Sequence record: DRR723986_585 | DNA: 64,000 nucleotides | Strand: one strand, 5' to 3' | Shown here: piece after piece, positions 19,268-29,334 of the stretch | Layout: the number at the start of each line of letters is the position of its first letter | Position numbering within the stretch: the stretch's first letter is position 1 | The notes under the pieces: generated by a model | Database searches by the model: none | Told to the model about the DNA's origin: nothing | What the model saw: only the letters and a program-made list of their open reading frames with translations | Program-made: the position numbers and the translations under genes

Positions 19268-21379
19268 TTAATTTTTCATTGTTAACTGAATTCTTCCTCT
19301 CTCTAAATCTACTGATAAAACTTTAACTTCAACTTGCTGATTCAAAGAAACATAAGCTTGAACATCACTCACAAATTCATTGGCCAGTTCCGAAACATGC
19401 ACCAGTCCCGATTGTTTAAGGCCAATATCAACAAAAGCTCCGAAGTTAGTGATGTTGTTCACTGTTCCGTTCAATTTCATCCCCGGAATTAAATCTTCCA
19501 TAGCAGAAATGTCGTTGTAACGAGATTCTTTCAATGGCTTTCTTGGATCACGTGTTGGTTTTGATAGCTCTTGTACTACAAAGTCAATGGTGTATTGATC
19601 AAAATTCGCATTCAATTCAGACAATTTATCTTCATTGATGATCACTTCTTTTGCAAGCAACGCTTCTACATTGGTATCGTGTGCTTCCGCTATCTTCTTA
19701 ACGAGGGGGTATGATTCTGGATGAATAATGGTATTGTCTAATGGATTCTTTCCGTCTTGGATGCGAAGAAATCCGGCTGCTTGCTCAAAGGTTTTCTTTC
19801 CCATTTTAGGGACCTTCAACAGTTCTTTTCTTTCTTTAAAACCACCAATTTCATCACGATATGCCACGACATTCTTTGCTAAAGCTTCTCCCAAACCTGA
19901 GACATGGGACAAGATTGGATAGGTTGCTGTATTGAGTTCTACCCCAACGTGATTCACACAACTTTCAACTATTTCATCCAATTTTTGCTTGAGTAAAGGC
20001 TGATTGACATCATGTTGATATTGCCCCACCCCTATTGATTTAGGGTCAATCTTAACCAATTCTGCTAATGGATCCATTAATCTTCTACCAATTGAAATCG
20101 CACCTCTTACGGTTACGTCCAATGACGGGAATTCAGCACGTGCAATTTCTGAAGCAGAATAAATACTCGCACCTGCCTCGTTTACTGAAAACACTTGAAC
20201 ATCTGTATAGCTTAAGGCTTTTCTAACCATCTTCTCAGTTTCCAATCCGGCGGTTCCGTTTCCAATAGCAATGGCTTCAACCTTATAAGCTTCTACAAGG
20301 TTCTTAATTACTTGCATGGCTTCTTGACTCTTTTTTTGAGGAGGATGCGGGTAGATGGTTCTATTCTCTAAATATTCGCCGTTTGCGTTTAGCACAGCTA
20401 CTTTGCATCCCGTTCTAAATCCAGGATCGATAGCTATCATTGACTTGCCACCAAGCGGGGATTGTAACAACAATTGTCTTAGGTTTTCTGCAAATACTTT
20501 TATTGACTCAAGATCTGCGGATTCTTTGATTTCTTTTTTTATCTCAGATTCAAATGTTGGCTGTAAGACCCGCTTGTAAGCTTCTTTGAAAATTTTTTCT
20601 TTGTAAGAATTATCTGCATATCTATATCCTAAAATTCTATCAATATTTTGAATGGCTCTATCTTGATCCACTTCAATTTTAATGGATAAAAAGCCTTCTT
20701 TCTCAGCTCTAAAAATGGCGAGCGCTCTATGCGCAGCCACACGATCAACTCGTTGAGAATAATTGAAATAATCCTTGTATTTGCTGGCCTCAGCATCTTT
20801 CCCTCTTTTTACTGAAGACGACAAGGTGGCAAATCGTTGAAATTGATCTCTGATACGTTCCCTCACTTTTTCGTTTTCACTGATCCATTCTGATAAAATA
20901 TCAATAGCTCCAGATAAAGCATCTTTCTCAGATTTAACCTCTCCTTTTACATACGAGGATAATTGCTTTTCAATGTTCACATCAAAGGCCTCTTGCTGCA
21001 GCAAAAAAGCTAAGCCTTTCAAGCCTCTTTTAATGGCTTTCTGCCCTTTTGACTCCCTTTTTTGCTTGAAGGGCAAGTAGATATCTTCTAATTCTACGGT
21101 TGATACAGCTCCATCAATTTTTGCAGCTAGATCTGATGTCCATTTGTCCTGATCTTTGATAGACTTGATGATGGCTGCTTTTCGTTTCTCGAATTCTTTC
21201 CAATAGTGATGTTTTTCTTTAATTGCAAATAATTGCACTTCATCCAAATTACCCGTTGCCTCTTTTCGGTAACGAGCAACAAACGGTACAGTCCCTCCCT
21301 GCTCAAATAATTCAAGAACTTTGTTAACTGAATTAACTGAAATAGCTAATTCCTTGCTGATTAAATTGTTAATGTCCAT
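19268..21379 (-). CDS. tex: Tex family transcriptional accessory protein
   Basis: TVPFVARYRKEATG, DPGFRTGCK, GASIYSAS, IGVGQYQHDV, C-terminal S1 domain. Confidence 0.95.
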   Translation of the reverse strand: MDINNLISKELAISVNSVNKVLELFEQGGTVPFVARYRKEATGNLDEVQLFAIKEKHHYWKEFEKRKAAIIKSIKDQDKWTSDLAAKIDGAVSTVELEDIYLPFKQKRESKGQKAIKRGLKGLAFLLQQEAFDVNIEKQLSSYVKGEVKSEKDALSGAIDILSEWISENEKVRERIRDQFQRFATLSSSVKRGKDAEASKYKDYFNYSQRVDRVAAHRALAIFRAEKEGFLSIKIEVDQDRAIQNIDRILGYRYADNSYKEKIFKEAYKRVLQPTFESEIKKEIKESADLESIKVFAENLRQLLLQSPLGGKSMIAIDPGFRTGCKVAVLNANGEYLENRTIYPHPPQKKSQEAMQVIKNLVEAYKVEAIAIGNGTAGLETEKMVRKALSYTDVQVFSVNEAGASIYSASEIARAEFPSLDVTVRGAISIGRRLMDPLAELVKIDPKSIGVGQYQHDVNQPLLKQKLDEIVESCVNHVGVELNTATYPILSHVSGLGEALAKNVVAYRDEIGGFKERKELLKVPKMGKKTFEQAAGFLRIQDGKNPLDNTIIHPESYPLVKKIAEAHDTNVEALLAKEVIINEDKLSELNANFDQYTIDFVVQELSKPTRDPRKPLKESRYNDISAMEDLIPGMKLNGTVNNITNFGAFVDIGLKQSGLVHVSELANEFVSDVQAYVSLNQQVEVKVLSVDLERGRIQLTMKN

Positions 21380-21483
21380 CTAATAAAAATTGAACATTAA
21401 AAATACGAATTTGAATTCAAGAAGATGATAATATCTTCAGCTAAAAAGGCGAAAAACCTATTGATCAATCAAATGAGGGTTAT

Positions 21484-22242
21484 TTACTTGGTAATCTGAA
21501 AAATCCCAGCATCATAAACCGATTTGTTTGCCTTAATTTCAATCGTTGTGTCAATTTTAGAAAGTGAATTATCAGCAGTATTCAGGCTAAAGCAAAACAC
21601 TTTATAAGATCCTTTACTTAAACCGTTAAACGAGAACTTTCCGTTCTCACCAGTTCTAATTTCGTCATCATACAATTCGTTGTCTCCGTAAGAAATGTAG
21701 ATTTTCTCATCAATTAAAGGACTCTGCTCTGTCGATTCGCTATCTCTTCCTTGTTGCGCAATATTCACCTCAAATGGTGAACTTACCTTGTCTGCATCAG
21801 GAACTTCACCAACTGTTTTCGTAGATATTCTCAAAATATCGTTCAGTAATTCAATATCAAATTCCTGTGTATTATTATTCAATGCATCTAAGGTGTTTTG
21901 CGCAATATCAGTATTCGAATCAGAATAATTAAAACTTACTTCAATCCCTGTTCTCCCGTTTAATTGCGGGTCACCATTTGACACCCAACTTGGGTTGTTA
22001 TACCACACATAATAGTAGCTAGAAGTGCTTGTAGAATTCAAAATCCAATATTCGCCGTGTTCTAGTTCATTTCCGTTAGTAACAATCACCTCAGTAATTT
22101 CTGAGCGGGGATCTGAATAATCACTTCCAAAAATTTGTCCTTGAATAGAAGACGTTCCTCCAGGACCGACCTTATTGCAAGATGACATCAACATCAATGT
22201 TGAAATAAAAAGTACGCTACTTAGTTTTAATGATTTTTTCAT
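21484..22242 (-). CDS. Hypothetical lipoprotein
   Basis: Lipobox-like LMSSC; C-terminal RTGENGKFSFNGLSKGSYKV beta-sandwich signature. Confidence 0.75.
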   Translation of the reverse strand: MKKSLKLSSVLFISTLMLMSSCNKVGPGGTSSIQGQIFGSDYSDPRSEITEVIVTNGNELEHGEYWILNSTSTSSYYYVWYNNPSWVSNGDPQLNGRTGIEVSFNYSDSNTDIAQNTLDALNNNTQEFDIELLNDILRISTKTVGEVPDADKVSSPFEVNIAQQGRDSESTEQSPLIDEKIYISYGDNELYDDEIRTGENGKFSFNGLSKGSYKVFCFSLNTADNSLSKIDTTIEIKANKSVYDAGIFQITK

Positions 22243-24406
22243 TACCTATGAGTTCTGAGTTGTTATATATTCTGACAAAATACATCCCTGGTTGGTTTTC
22301 ATTCAAGGAAATTTCTTTTTGGTTGCTTAATAATATCTCTCCCGAGTAAATCAACTTACCACTGATATCAAGCACCTCAATTTTTCCGTTTTCAATGTTC
22401 GAACTGAATCTAATTGTTGTGTTATCATTAGTAGGATTGGGATACATGGCGTATTCGACTTTAGTCTGTGCAGCTAAATTAAGGTCAGTGCAAGACCCGA
22501 ACATATTCGCATCCAACCAGGTCAGTCTGTCCATTGTCCATGTTTTTAGATAATCTATTTCTTCAGTATAAGTGTTGCCAACAAAGTTATTCGGCCACAA
22601 ATAGGTTCCTAAAACTGGCCATTTGGTGAAATTTCTATCTGCAGCATCTGCCAGATACGTGTGCAAATTATCGATATAATCCATCAAAGTATCTTCATGA
22701 AGACTTGATAATCTAAGCTCTAGCCATCTACAATTCAAGGCATGTGTAAATTCAGGATCTTGTACCAATCTGTTCCAATGAAATGGATTGTTCAGGGCTC
22801 CACCTCCACCGCAAACGTCATTAAAATAGATTTCCCATCCGGTAGTTAAGCCTCCTTCACAGTAATTCGCATTTCCCCAAGCCAAGTTAAAATCCCAAAG
22901 TGGGCCAGCATGCAGCAAGCCTCCATCACTGATGTGCTGCTTGTGATAAAAGGTACTAATTCGGTATCCATCAACATTCTTACTGATTTCGTTCGCAATC
23001 ATGAAGTCAACGAAAGATCCCATATCGATATATGGTTGATATCCCAAGGCAGGGTCAGTAAAATTTGGTCCTTGAAGTGCGGTTTCAAATTCTGTTATAT
23101 AATTTTCAATATACGCCTCCTGAGCAGGGTTAATGGTATCAATAGCTGGATCATGAAGTTGATAAGCAATAGGACCTGTAGCAGGAGCTGCGGCGGCGTA
23201 AGGAGATGTCCATGAAATAATTCCACCCGAAGTAGTTTTATCGATTTTCACAATATATCCTCCCGTTAATTGATTAGAAACCGTATCAGAATAATTCATT
23301 TTATCAACAGCCACTCTACCTGGATTCACTTTAATTTTTTCCATAAAAACGTAAACACCAATATAGTCTCCGTTTAGAACTACCTCACATAATTGTGTAC
23401 GCGGAGCATAACGCCCCATATCTCTTCCAATTTTATACGTCAATACATTTCTGATCAATGATTTATCGGAGTAAGGTGCGTACAGAATCCAATCATTATC
23501 AGCCGGCCAGTTGAAAATTGACGTATTCAAATTAGACGAATCTGCCAAACGTGTTTCTAAGCCATAGGCTTTCTTGGCAAATCCACCAGAAGATGACCCT
23601 CGCGTTTCAATACCTATGTGACCGTAATATTCGTTATAAGGGTCTGTGATATAATTCACATTACCATCCCCATTGTTGATAATCCCCATCATGCCTGCGA
23701 CTTTAGGTTCATTAGGGATGTTCACAGAATTTACAGTATTGATGACTACTATGGGTAAGTTCGATTCTGTTAAAACTACAGGTGGAATGAACCATGTAGG
23801 CGTTGGAGCGTAATTACTCGTAGTTGATTTAATTCCCAGATGTAAAAAAGGTCTAGAACTCAAATCACTTGATGTATTTGATTCGTTATGAACTTGAACC
23901 GCTAAACAATTAATTCCGTTTAGGATGTTAGCGGCGATAAAGGATTTGTCTAATGAGTATTGATTGGGATAATTCCCCTGATACATTTGGGCCTCATGCA
24001 ATCCTGTTGACCAGTCATTCCATGCAGCCTGGCCGCTTGAAGACAGTAAATCTCGAGCAATTTCAACTCCGTTAAGGTAAGCAATGAAACTGTCGTCATA
24101 ATCTATATTAAAGCAAAGTGCTTCAATGTCTGAAGTATCTACAATGTTAAATTCAATGCGTTGAAAACAGGATGTGCTTCCATTTGGAATGACCGTATTA
24201 TCGTCTCCATCACCATAGCCAAATCCTCCAGAACCAGTGGACCAGCCAGTAGTGTTAAACCCCGTATTGACCCAATTTGTATTTACGTTTGATGATGGAA
24301 CGATATAATCCCATAGATCTGTCTCGAAAACAACAGTTTCCCAATGATCAATTTGACATTGTGCGTTAAAAGAAAAGGAGAGAAAGAAAATTGTTAACCA
24401 CTTCAT
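22217..24406 (-). CDS. CotH-family kinase with T9SS type-A C-terminal domain
   Basis: ETRGSSS, DKSLIRN, YIGVYVFMEKIK, NVDGYRIS, GPLWDFN; CTD MYPNPT...GMYFVRI...KIIK. Confidence 0.92.
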   Translation of the reverse strand: MKWLTIFFLSFSFNAQCQIDHWETVVFETDLWDYIVPSSNVNTNWVNTGFNTTGWSTGSGGFGYGDGDDNTVIPNGSTSCFQRIEFNIVDTSDIEALCFNIDYDDSFIAYLNGVEIARDLLSSSGQAAWNDWSTGLHEAQMYQGNYPNQYSLDKSFIAANILNGINCLAVQVHNESNTSSDLSSRPFLHLGIKSTTSNYAPTPTWFIPPVVLTESNLPIVVINTVNSVNIPNEPKVAGMMGIINNGDGNVNYITDPYNEYYGHIGIETRGSSSGGFAKKAYGLETRLADSSNLNTSIFNWPADNDWILYAPYSDKSLIRNVLTYKIGRDMGRYAPRTQLCEVVLNGDYIGVYVFMEKIKVNPGRVAVDKMNYSDTVSNQLTGGYIVKIDKTTSGGIISWTSPYAAAAPATGPIAYQLHDPAIDTINPAQEAYIENYITEFETALQGPNFTDPALGYQPYIDMGSFVDFMIANEISKNVDGYRISTFYHKQHISDGGLLHAGPLWDFNLAWGNANYCEGGLTTGWEIYFNDVCGGGGALNNPFHWNRLVQDPEFTHALNCRWLELRLSSLHEDTLMDYIDNLHTYLADAADRNFTKWPVLGTYLWPNNFVGNTYTEEIDYLKTWTMDRLTWLDANMFGSCTDLNLAAQTKVEYAMYPNPTNDNTTIRFSSNIENGKIEVLDISGKLIYSGEILLSNQKEISLNENQPGMYFVRIYNNSELIGNEKIIKTK

Positions 24407-24441
24407 ACCTTAATATGAAGTTAGTTAATATTATCTTAACA

Positions 24442-24813
24442 TTAGATTAACTTGAACATCTTGTTCACTCCTTTTGGAGAACCTGAACAGTTTAGATATC
24501 CTTTTTCACATAATTCAGAAAACTTGAATTGAATGATAACGGTTTCGTTTTCATATTCAAAAGTTACTAAACATAAGTCATCTGGGCTTTCCATGAATCC
24601 GTTTTTATAAAAACGTTGGAATTTAACGTTAGAAACCCCGTTCGGTAGTTCTAAACCAGCTTTATCATGCAAATTTAAATTTCCATGTCGAACATGTTCT
24701 TCAGCTTCGGGAAGGGGAATGACAATTTTATCCTCTGCTGCCACATTTAATGGCGCAAAAAACAGCCCTAAACCAAATAAGGCACTGTATACCAAAAAGT
24801 TTCGTCTGATCAT
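24442..24813 (-). CDS. Hypothetical exported protein with twin-arginine-like leader
   Basis: MIRRNFLVYSALFGLGLFF; start 1 nt after the pirin stop. Confidence 0.65.
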   Translation of the reverse strand: MIRRNFLVYSALFGLGLFFAPLNVAAEDKIVIPLPEAEEHVRHGNLNLHDKAGLELPNGVSNVKFQRFYKNGFMESPDDLCLVTFEYENETVIIQFKFSELCEKGYLNCSGSPKGVNKMFKLI

Positions 24814-24814
24814 T

Positions 24815-25681
24815 TTATTCAAATTCTTCGGTTAATATACCCATTTTTCCGCTTTGATAGTCAATAATTGCCTGTCTAATTTCATCCTCTGTATTCATAA
24901 CAAAAGGACCATATGTACTCAACTCCTCATTAATAGGGGCTCCTGACAACACAATTAATCTTGTCTCTTCTAATGACTTTAATGCAATTCTTGTTCCATC
25001 ATTATTAAAATGAATCATATTTTTCCCTTCAATCACTTGACCGTCTATTTCAATTTTCCCGTTCAACATGTAAACAAGTGAATTAAAATGTTCTGGTACC
25101 TCAATATTCAATGACCCATTGGTTTTTAAATTAGATCTTAAAATTTGAACTTCTGAATTAGGTTTTATTGGTCCTTTTTTACCCCCTAACTCACCAGCGA
25201 CTACGAATATTTCTGAAAGTCCATCATCACTTTTGATCACAGGCGTTTCATCAAGGCCTAATGGTTGGTATGAGGGGTCATCCATTTTGTGTTTAGCAGG
25301 GGCGTTCATCCAAAATTGTATAATTTCAAATTCACCTCCGTTTGCGGCTAAATCTTTAGCTGGCCTCTCTGAGTGAACAATTCCTTTTCCAGAATTCATC
25401 CATTGCGTTCCACCAGCATGAACAACCTCTGAAGTTCCTAGTGAATCTCTGTGATGAACACCTCCTTTAAATATAAATGTAACTGGTGAAAATCCTCTAT
25501 GTGGATGGGGCCCTACCCCTACTTTGCTTTGATGTTCACCACCTTTAAGTGTATCTGACCAGTGATGAATCAATAAAAAAGGATCAATTTGATCCACACC
25601 TCTAAATGGCAATGCTTGATCTAGAATTGTTCCGCCCATATTTACTTTAAAGGCTGGAACTACTTGATTTATCGTTCTCAT
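24815..25681 (-). CDS. Pirin family protein
   Basis: DPFLLIHH, HPHRGF, HRDSLG, GIVHSE, GPFVMNT. Confidence 0.95.
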   Translation of the reverse strand: MRTINQVVPAFKVNMGGTILDQALPFRGVDQIDPFLLIHHWSDTLKGGEHQSKVGVGPHPHRGFSPVTFIFKGGVHHRDSLGTSEVVHAGGTQWMNSGKGIVHSERPAKDLAANGGEFEIIQFWMNAPAKHKMDDPSYQPLGLDETPVIKSDDGLSEIFVVAGELGGKKGPIKPNSEVQILRSNLKTNGSLNIEVPEHFNSLVYMLNGKIEIDGQVIEGKNMIHFNNDGTRIALKSLEETRLIVLSGAPINEELSTYGPFVMNTEDEIRQAIIDYQSGKMGILTEEFE

Positions 25682-25732
25682 AACTAAATGTTTCTATAAA
25701 GATACAAAAAATAGATGTTTAAACATATAAGT

Positions 25733-26458
25733 TTAATCTTCTTTCGAAACTTCTTGTGATTTGGAGAGATAGAGATAATAACCTAGCGTAAAAACAGTGG
25801 CAACAGAAAATACATGCCATAAAAAGTGAGTTCCTTGTGGCAACCATTTATGGAAGTAATTCACCGAAGGATAGTCTAAAGACCTAAAAGCTAAAGCAAG
25901 TACCAACAACAATATGGTAGATACAATTAATTTCCATTGATAATATTTCCTTTTTTTTAGATCAATTAATAGCGGAACCAGAAATGCTGCTCCAACAAAA
26001 AGGTAAGAAACATTTGGTCCCCAATCTCCTATACTCTCCACTTCTTGAATTATCAATCTCATTCCCCAGCCCACAGCATAAAACAACAATACGGTTATTA
26101 ATGATTTTAGAATCTGATGAAATACTTTATTCCAGAAATACCAGGCTAAACTAAAACTCATTATCGCTGCGGGAAACACGTCCAAGAAAAAGAAAAACTG
26201 ACTCGATCGAAAAGCGTGATATAATGTTGATCCCATGCCGTTTAAAAAGAGTAAAGGCAATAGGGCGACAATTATTAAATGGGACTTATACTGCCCTCTG
26301 AGTTTAATCAACCAAAAAATTATTGGAACGAAAAAAAGCAACGAACTAATGGCATTCCAAGGTTCTTTAATCAATTCATGGGCAACAAACTCATTGTAAA
26401 AGGGTCCGCTGTCGTGGATTTGTTCAGTTCTAACCGCTATTTCTAAGCTATCTAGCAC
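25733..26458 (-). CDS. CREST-superfamily membrane hydrolase (alkaline ceramidase-like)
   Basis: EPWNAISS, GSTLYHA (SxxxH), conserved Asp, HFLWH (HxxxH); about 7 TM. Confidence 0.75.
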   Translation of the reverse strand: MLDSLEIAVRTEQIHDSGPFYNEFVAHELIKEPWNAISSLLFFVPIIFWLIKLRGQYKSHLIIVALLPLLFLNGMGSTLYHAFRSSQFFFFLDVFPAAIMSFSLAWYFWNKVFHQILKSLITVLLFYAVGWGMRLIIQEVESIGDWGPNVSYLFVGAAFLVPLLIDLKKRKYYQWKLIVSTILLLVLALAFRSLDYPSVNYFHKWLPQGTHFLWHVFSVATVFTLGYYLYLSKSQEVSKED

Positions 26459-26515
26459 AGTTCAAATATATTCAGCTTCGTTTAAAAGTTAAGATTATTA
26501 TTATAATATTTGAAT

Positions 26516-27037
26516 ATGGAATTCAGTTTTAAGTCAACAATTGGAAATGTTTCTGACAGTAATTTAATGTGGAATTACAGAATTAATCTTCCTGATGATA
26601 TCGTTCAACAATTTATTTCAACTGACAAGCGAATTATTGTAAGAATTAATAACTCTGCAGAAGTTCACTGCGCCATGATGTCAAATGGTGACGGTACCTA
26701 TTACGTCATGATGAATAAAGGATTTAGAAAAGCCAATAAATTGAATGAAGGAGATGAAGTGATTGTTTACCTCAAAAAAGACGACTCAAAATACGGGATG
26801 GGTGTTCCAGATTTTTTTGAAGAACTATGTTATCAAGATCCTGAAGCAGATCAGTTCTTTCATCAACTAACACCTGGAAAACAAAGAAGTCTTCTGCATA
26901 TAGTGGGTAAAATAAAATCAGAAGAAAAGCAACTTGAAAAATGCCTAATCATCTTTGATTATCTCAAAAGTGTAAATGGAAACTTAGATTTTAAGGAATT
27001 GAACGAGGCTTTTAAAACCAGCAGATTCAGAAAGTGA
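26516..27037 (+). CDS. DUF1905 / YdeI-OmpD-associated family protein
   Basis: DDSKYGMGVP, FHQLTPGKQRSL; ATG 26516 preferred over TTG 26510. Confidence 0.8.
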   Translation: MEFSFKSTIGNVSDSNLMWNYRINLPDDIVQQFISTDKRIIVRINNSAEVHCAMMSNGDGTYYVMMNKGFRKANKLNEGDEVIVYLKKDDSKYGMGVPDFFEELCYQDPEADQFFHQLTPGKQRSLLHIVGKIKSEEKQLEKCLIIFDYLKSVNGNLDFKELNEAFKTSRFRK

Positions 27038-29332
27038 CTAGTAAACTCTAATTTCGCACCTTCTATTCAAGGCATCATTGTTTTCGTCAACCAAGCCTGC
27101 CTCACCGTATGCATTAACAATGAATCGATTTTTTGGAATACCTTTCTTTACAAAATAAGCGACCACCCAATCCCCTCTTTTTCCAGATAAAATTAGATTG
27201 TAGTCATCAGAATTTCTGGCATCAGCATAGGCGTTTACCTCAATTTTAAGATTGCTATCGCTCTTTAATTCTGCCAACAATTTTGAGAGTTTATTTAAGT
27301 CTGAATTTTTTACATTGCTCTTATTCGAGTCAAAATAAACAGTTACGATATCATGATCTGTATTTATTGAAATATTGATATCTAACGAATCTTCCGAAAC
27401 GTGAGTCAATGTTGAATTTTCAAATCCTAAAGGCTTGAAAATAAAGTAATCGTTTTGACCTCTTTTTAATTGAGCGATTCTTTTACCATTTCTATCAAAT
27501 ATATAAAGGGTAAAGTCATCTAATTCAAGGTTTTCATCCTTTTCATCAACCTTAAACAATAAATTATCATCCAGCGGTAAACTTCTAAATCTAAAATTAC
27601 CTTTTTTATCTGTGACAGTTTCCTCAATTAACAATCCATCTTCAGTATATGCCTGAACTTTCAAGCCGTTTTTGAACTCGTTATCTATGTTTTGATACTC
27701 AAAATATCCCGAAATTGTCTGTGATTCCAATTCAAACATTTCTTCATTTTCTTCGATAACAGCTAATGAATTAGCATAAGTTGGTTTTAGTTTTCTGTAA
27801 GTAAACTGTCCCGTTTCACTTCCTTTCAACTGCGCAACTACATTACCTTTTTGGTCAAAAATCAACAAAATTAGATCATCAGAACCCTCTGGAACTTTTA
27901 AGATATAATTCTCTTCCATATCCAGTTTTCTAAAATCAAAGTTTCCGTTTTCATCCGTGAAGGTTGTAAACTTCATTTTTCCATCCTCATCCTCGAGAAT
28001 CACATTCAACTTATCTGGATACTGTCCTGGGATATTTTCATAAATGAATTGACCTGACAAGTGTCCTTGATTCAATTTCATGTCAATCATATCTTCTGGG
28101 ACTAGAGAAAGCGTACCTGATTTTTCATAACTCAATTTTTTATAAGTAAATCCTCCTTTTTCGTCCGTTACCAAATCAGCAATAGGATTTCCGTCTTTAT
28201 CGTAAATTGTTAGATACAAATCTTCTTCTGATTTCGTGGTAATCTTATATTTCCCATCATAATCAATGTTATTGAATTGAAATTCACCTTTGTTATCAGT
28301 TTCAGTCTCAAAAAGAAGTTCATCTTCTTCACCAGTAACCATCACTTTTAAACCTGAAGGATTACCCTCAAGATTTCTATAGGTGAATTTACCCGCCAAT
28401 TGATTTTTTACGGTAACCTTTTTCTCCATTTTGAAATAAAAAATATCATCATTACCATTGATATTCGAGGCATAGAATCCTTTCTTCATTCCAGGCATAA
28501 CATAGATACCAAAATCATCTTCAACTGAATTTAGACCTTCAACGGGTTTAGGTTCATCTAATTCTTGTTCTATAACTTTCCAATAAAGATCTAAACCTCC
28601 AGTGGTTCCAGTTCTATTTGAAGAGAAAAACAAAAATCCATCAATGAAATAAGGAAACACTTCATCAAGTTCAGAATTTACTGATTCTACGTTAACTGGG
28701 TCTGACCATTGTCCTTGCTTAATTTCTGAAAAGTAAATGTCTTTACCACCTTTTCCTCCGGCTCTGTCAGATGCAAAATACAAGCGTTTATTTTTATCAT
28801 CATAAGAAGGATGTCCAAATGAAAAATTAGGATCGTTAAAAGGTAATGGAATCGGATCATCCCAATCACCTCCTACTTTCAAAGACATAAACAATTGAGG
28901 TCTGAATTTATCTTTCTTGTTTTTTCTAGCTTTTTTATCGATTGCCAACACTTGCGTAAAAAACATAGTATCTCCTGACTGAGATATTGTCATTGGCCCA
29001 GTATGATTATCTGCCATTAATTTTTGCGAGACAATGTTAAAGGTCTTTACCTCAATATCTTCACTCACATCTCCTTTAATTTTTGCTTTAAAAATATTCA
29101 GATAACCCGCATTCTTCCAATTGTTCTCTCCGAGGTTAAATTTGTCAAACTCTCTGGATGAAGTCATATAAAATTCTCCATTACTGATGAATGGTGCAAA
29201 ATCAGAGCCCTTTGAATTTATTCCAGATACTGGTTTTGATTCACAAGAAATATCAACCTCAATAATTTGATAGGTTTGTGACCAACCTAGAAGTGAAAAG
29301 CATAATATGTAGAAAAACAGACTGAGTTTCAT
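27038..29332 (-). CDS. PD40-repeat + OmpA-like peptidoglycan-binding protein (PorE-like)
   Basis: LYFASDRAGGKGGKDIY, FFSSNR; C-terminal YFD, ADAR...YN..LS..R, NRRCEI. Confidence 0.88.
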   Translation of the reverse strand: MKLSLFFYILCFSLLGWSQTYQIIEVDISCESKPVSGINSKGSDFAPFISNGEFYMTSSREFDKFNLGENNWKNAGYLNIFKAKIKGDVSEDIEVKTFNIVSQKLMADNHTGPMTISQSGDTMFFTQVLAIDKKARKNKKDKFRPQLFMSLKVGGDWDDPIPLPFNDPNFSFGHPSYDDKNKRLYFASDRAGGKGGKDIYFSEIKQGQWSDPVNVESVNSELDEVFPYFIDGFLFFSSNRTGTTGGLDLYWKVIEQELDEPKPVEGLNSVEDDFGIYVMPGMKKGFYASNINGNDDIFYFKMEKKVTVKNQLAGKFTYRNLEGNPSGLKVMVTGEEDELLFETETDNKGEFQFNNIDYDGKYKITTKSEEDLYLTIYDKDGNPIADLVTDEKGGFTYKKLSYEKSGTLSLVPEDMIDMKLNQGHLSGQFIYENIPGQYPDKLNVILEDEDGKMKFTTFTDENGNFDFRKLDMEENYILKVPEGSDDLILLIFDQKGNVVAQLKGSETGQFTYRKLKPTYANSLAVIEENEEMFELESQTISGYFEYQNIDNEFKNGLKVQAYTEDGLLIEETVTDKKGNFRFRSLPLDDNLLFKVDEKDENLELDDFTLYIFDRNGKRIAQLKRGQNDYFIFKPLGFENSTLTHVSEDSLDINISINTDHDIVTVYFDSNKSNVKNSDLNKLSKLLAELKSDSNLKIEVNAYADARNSDDYNLILSGKRGDWVVAYFVKKGIPKNRFIVNAYGEAGLVDENNDALNRRCEIRVY

Positions 29333-29334
29333 TG

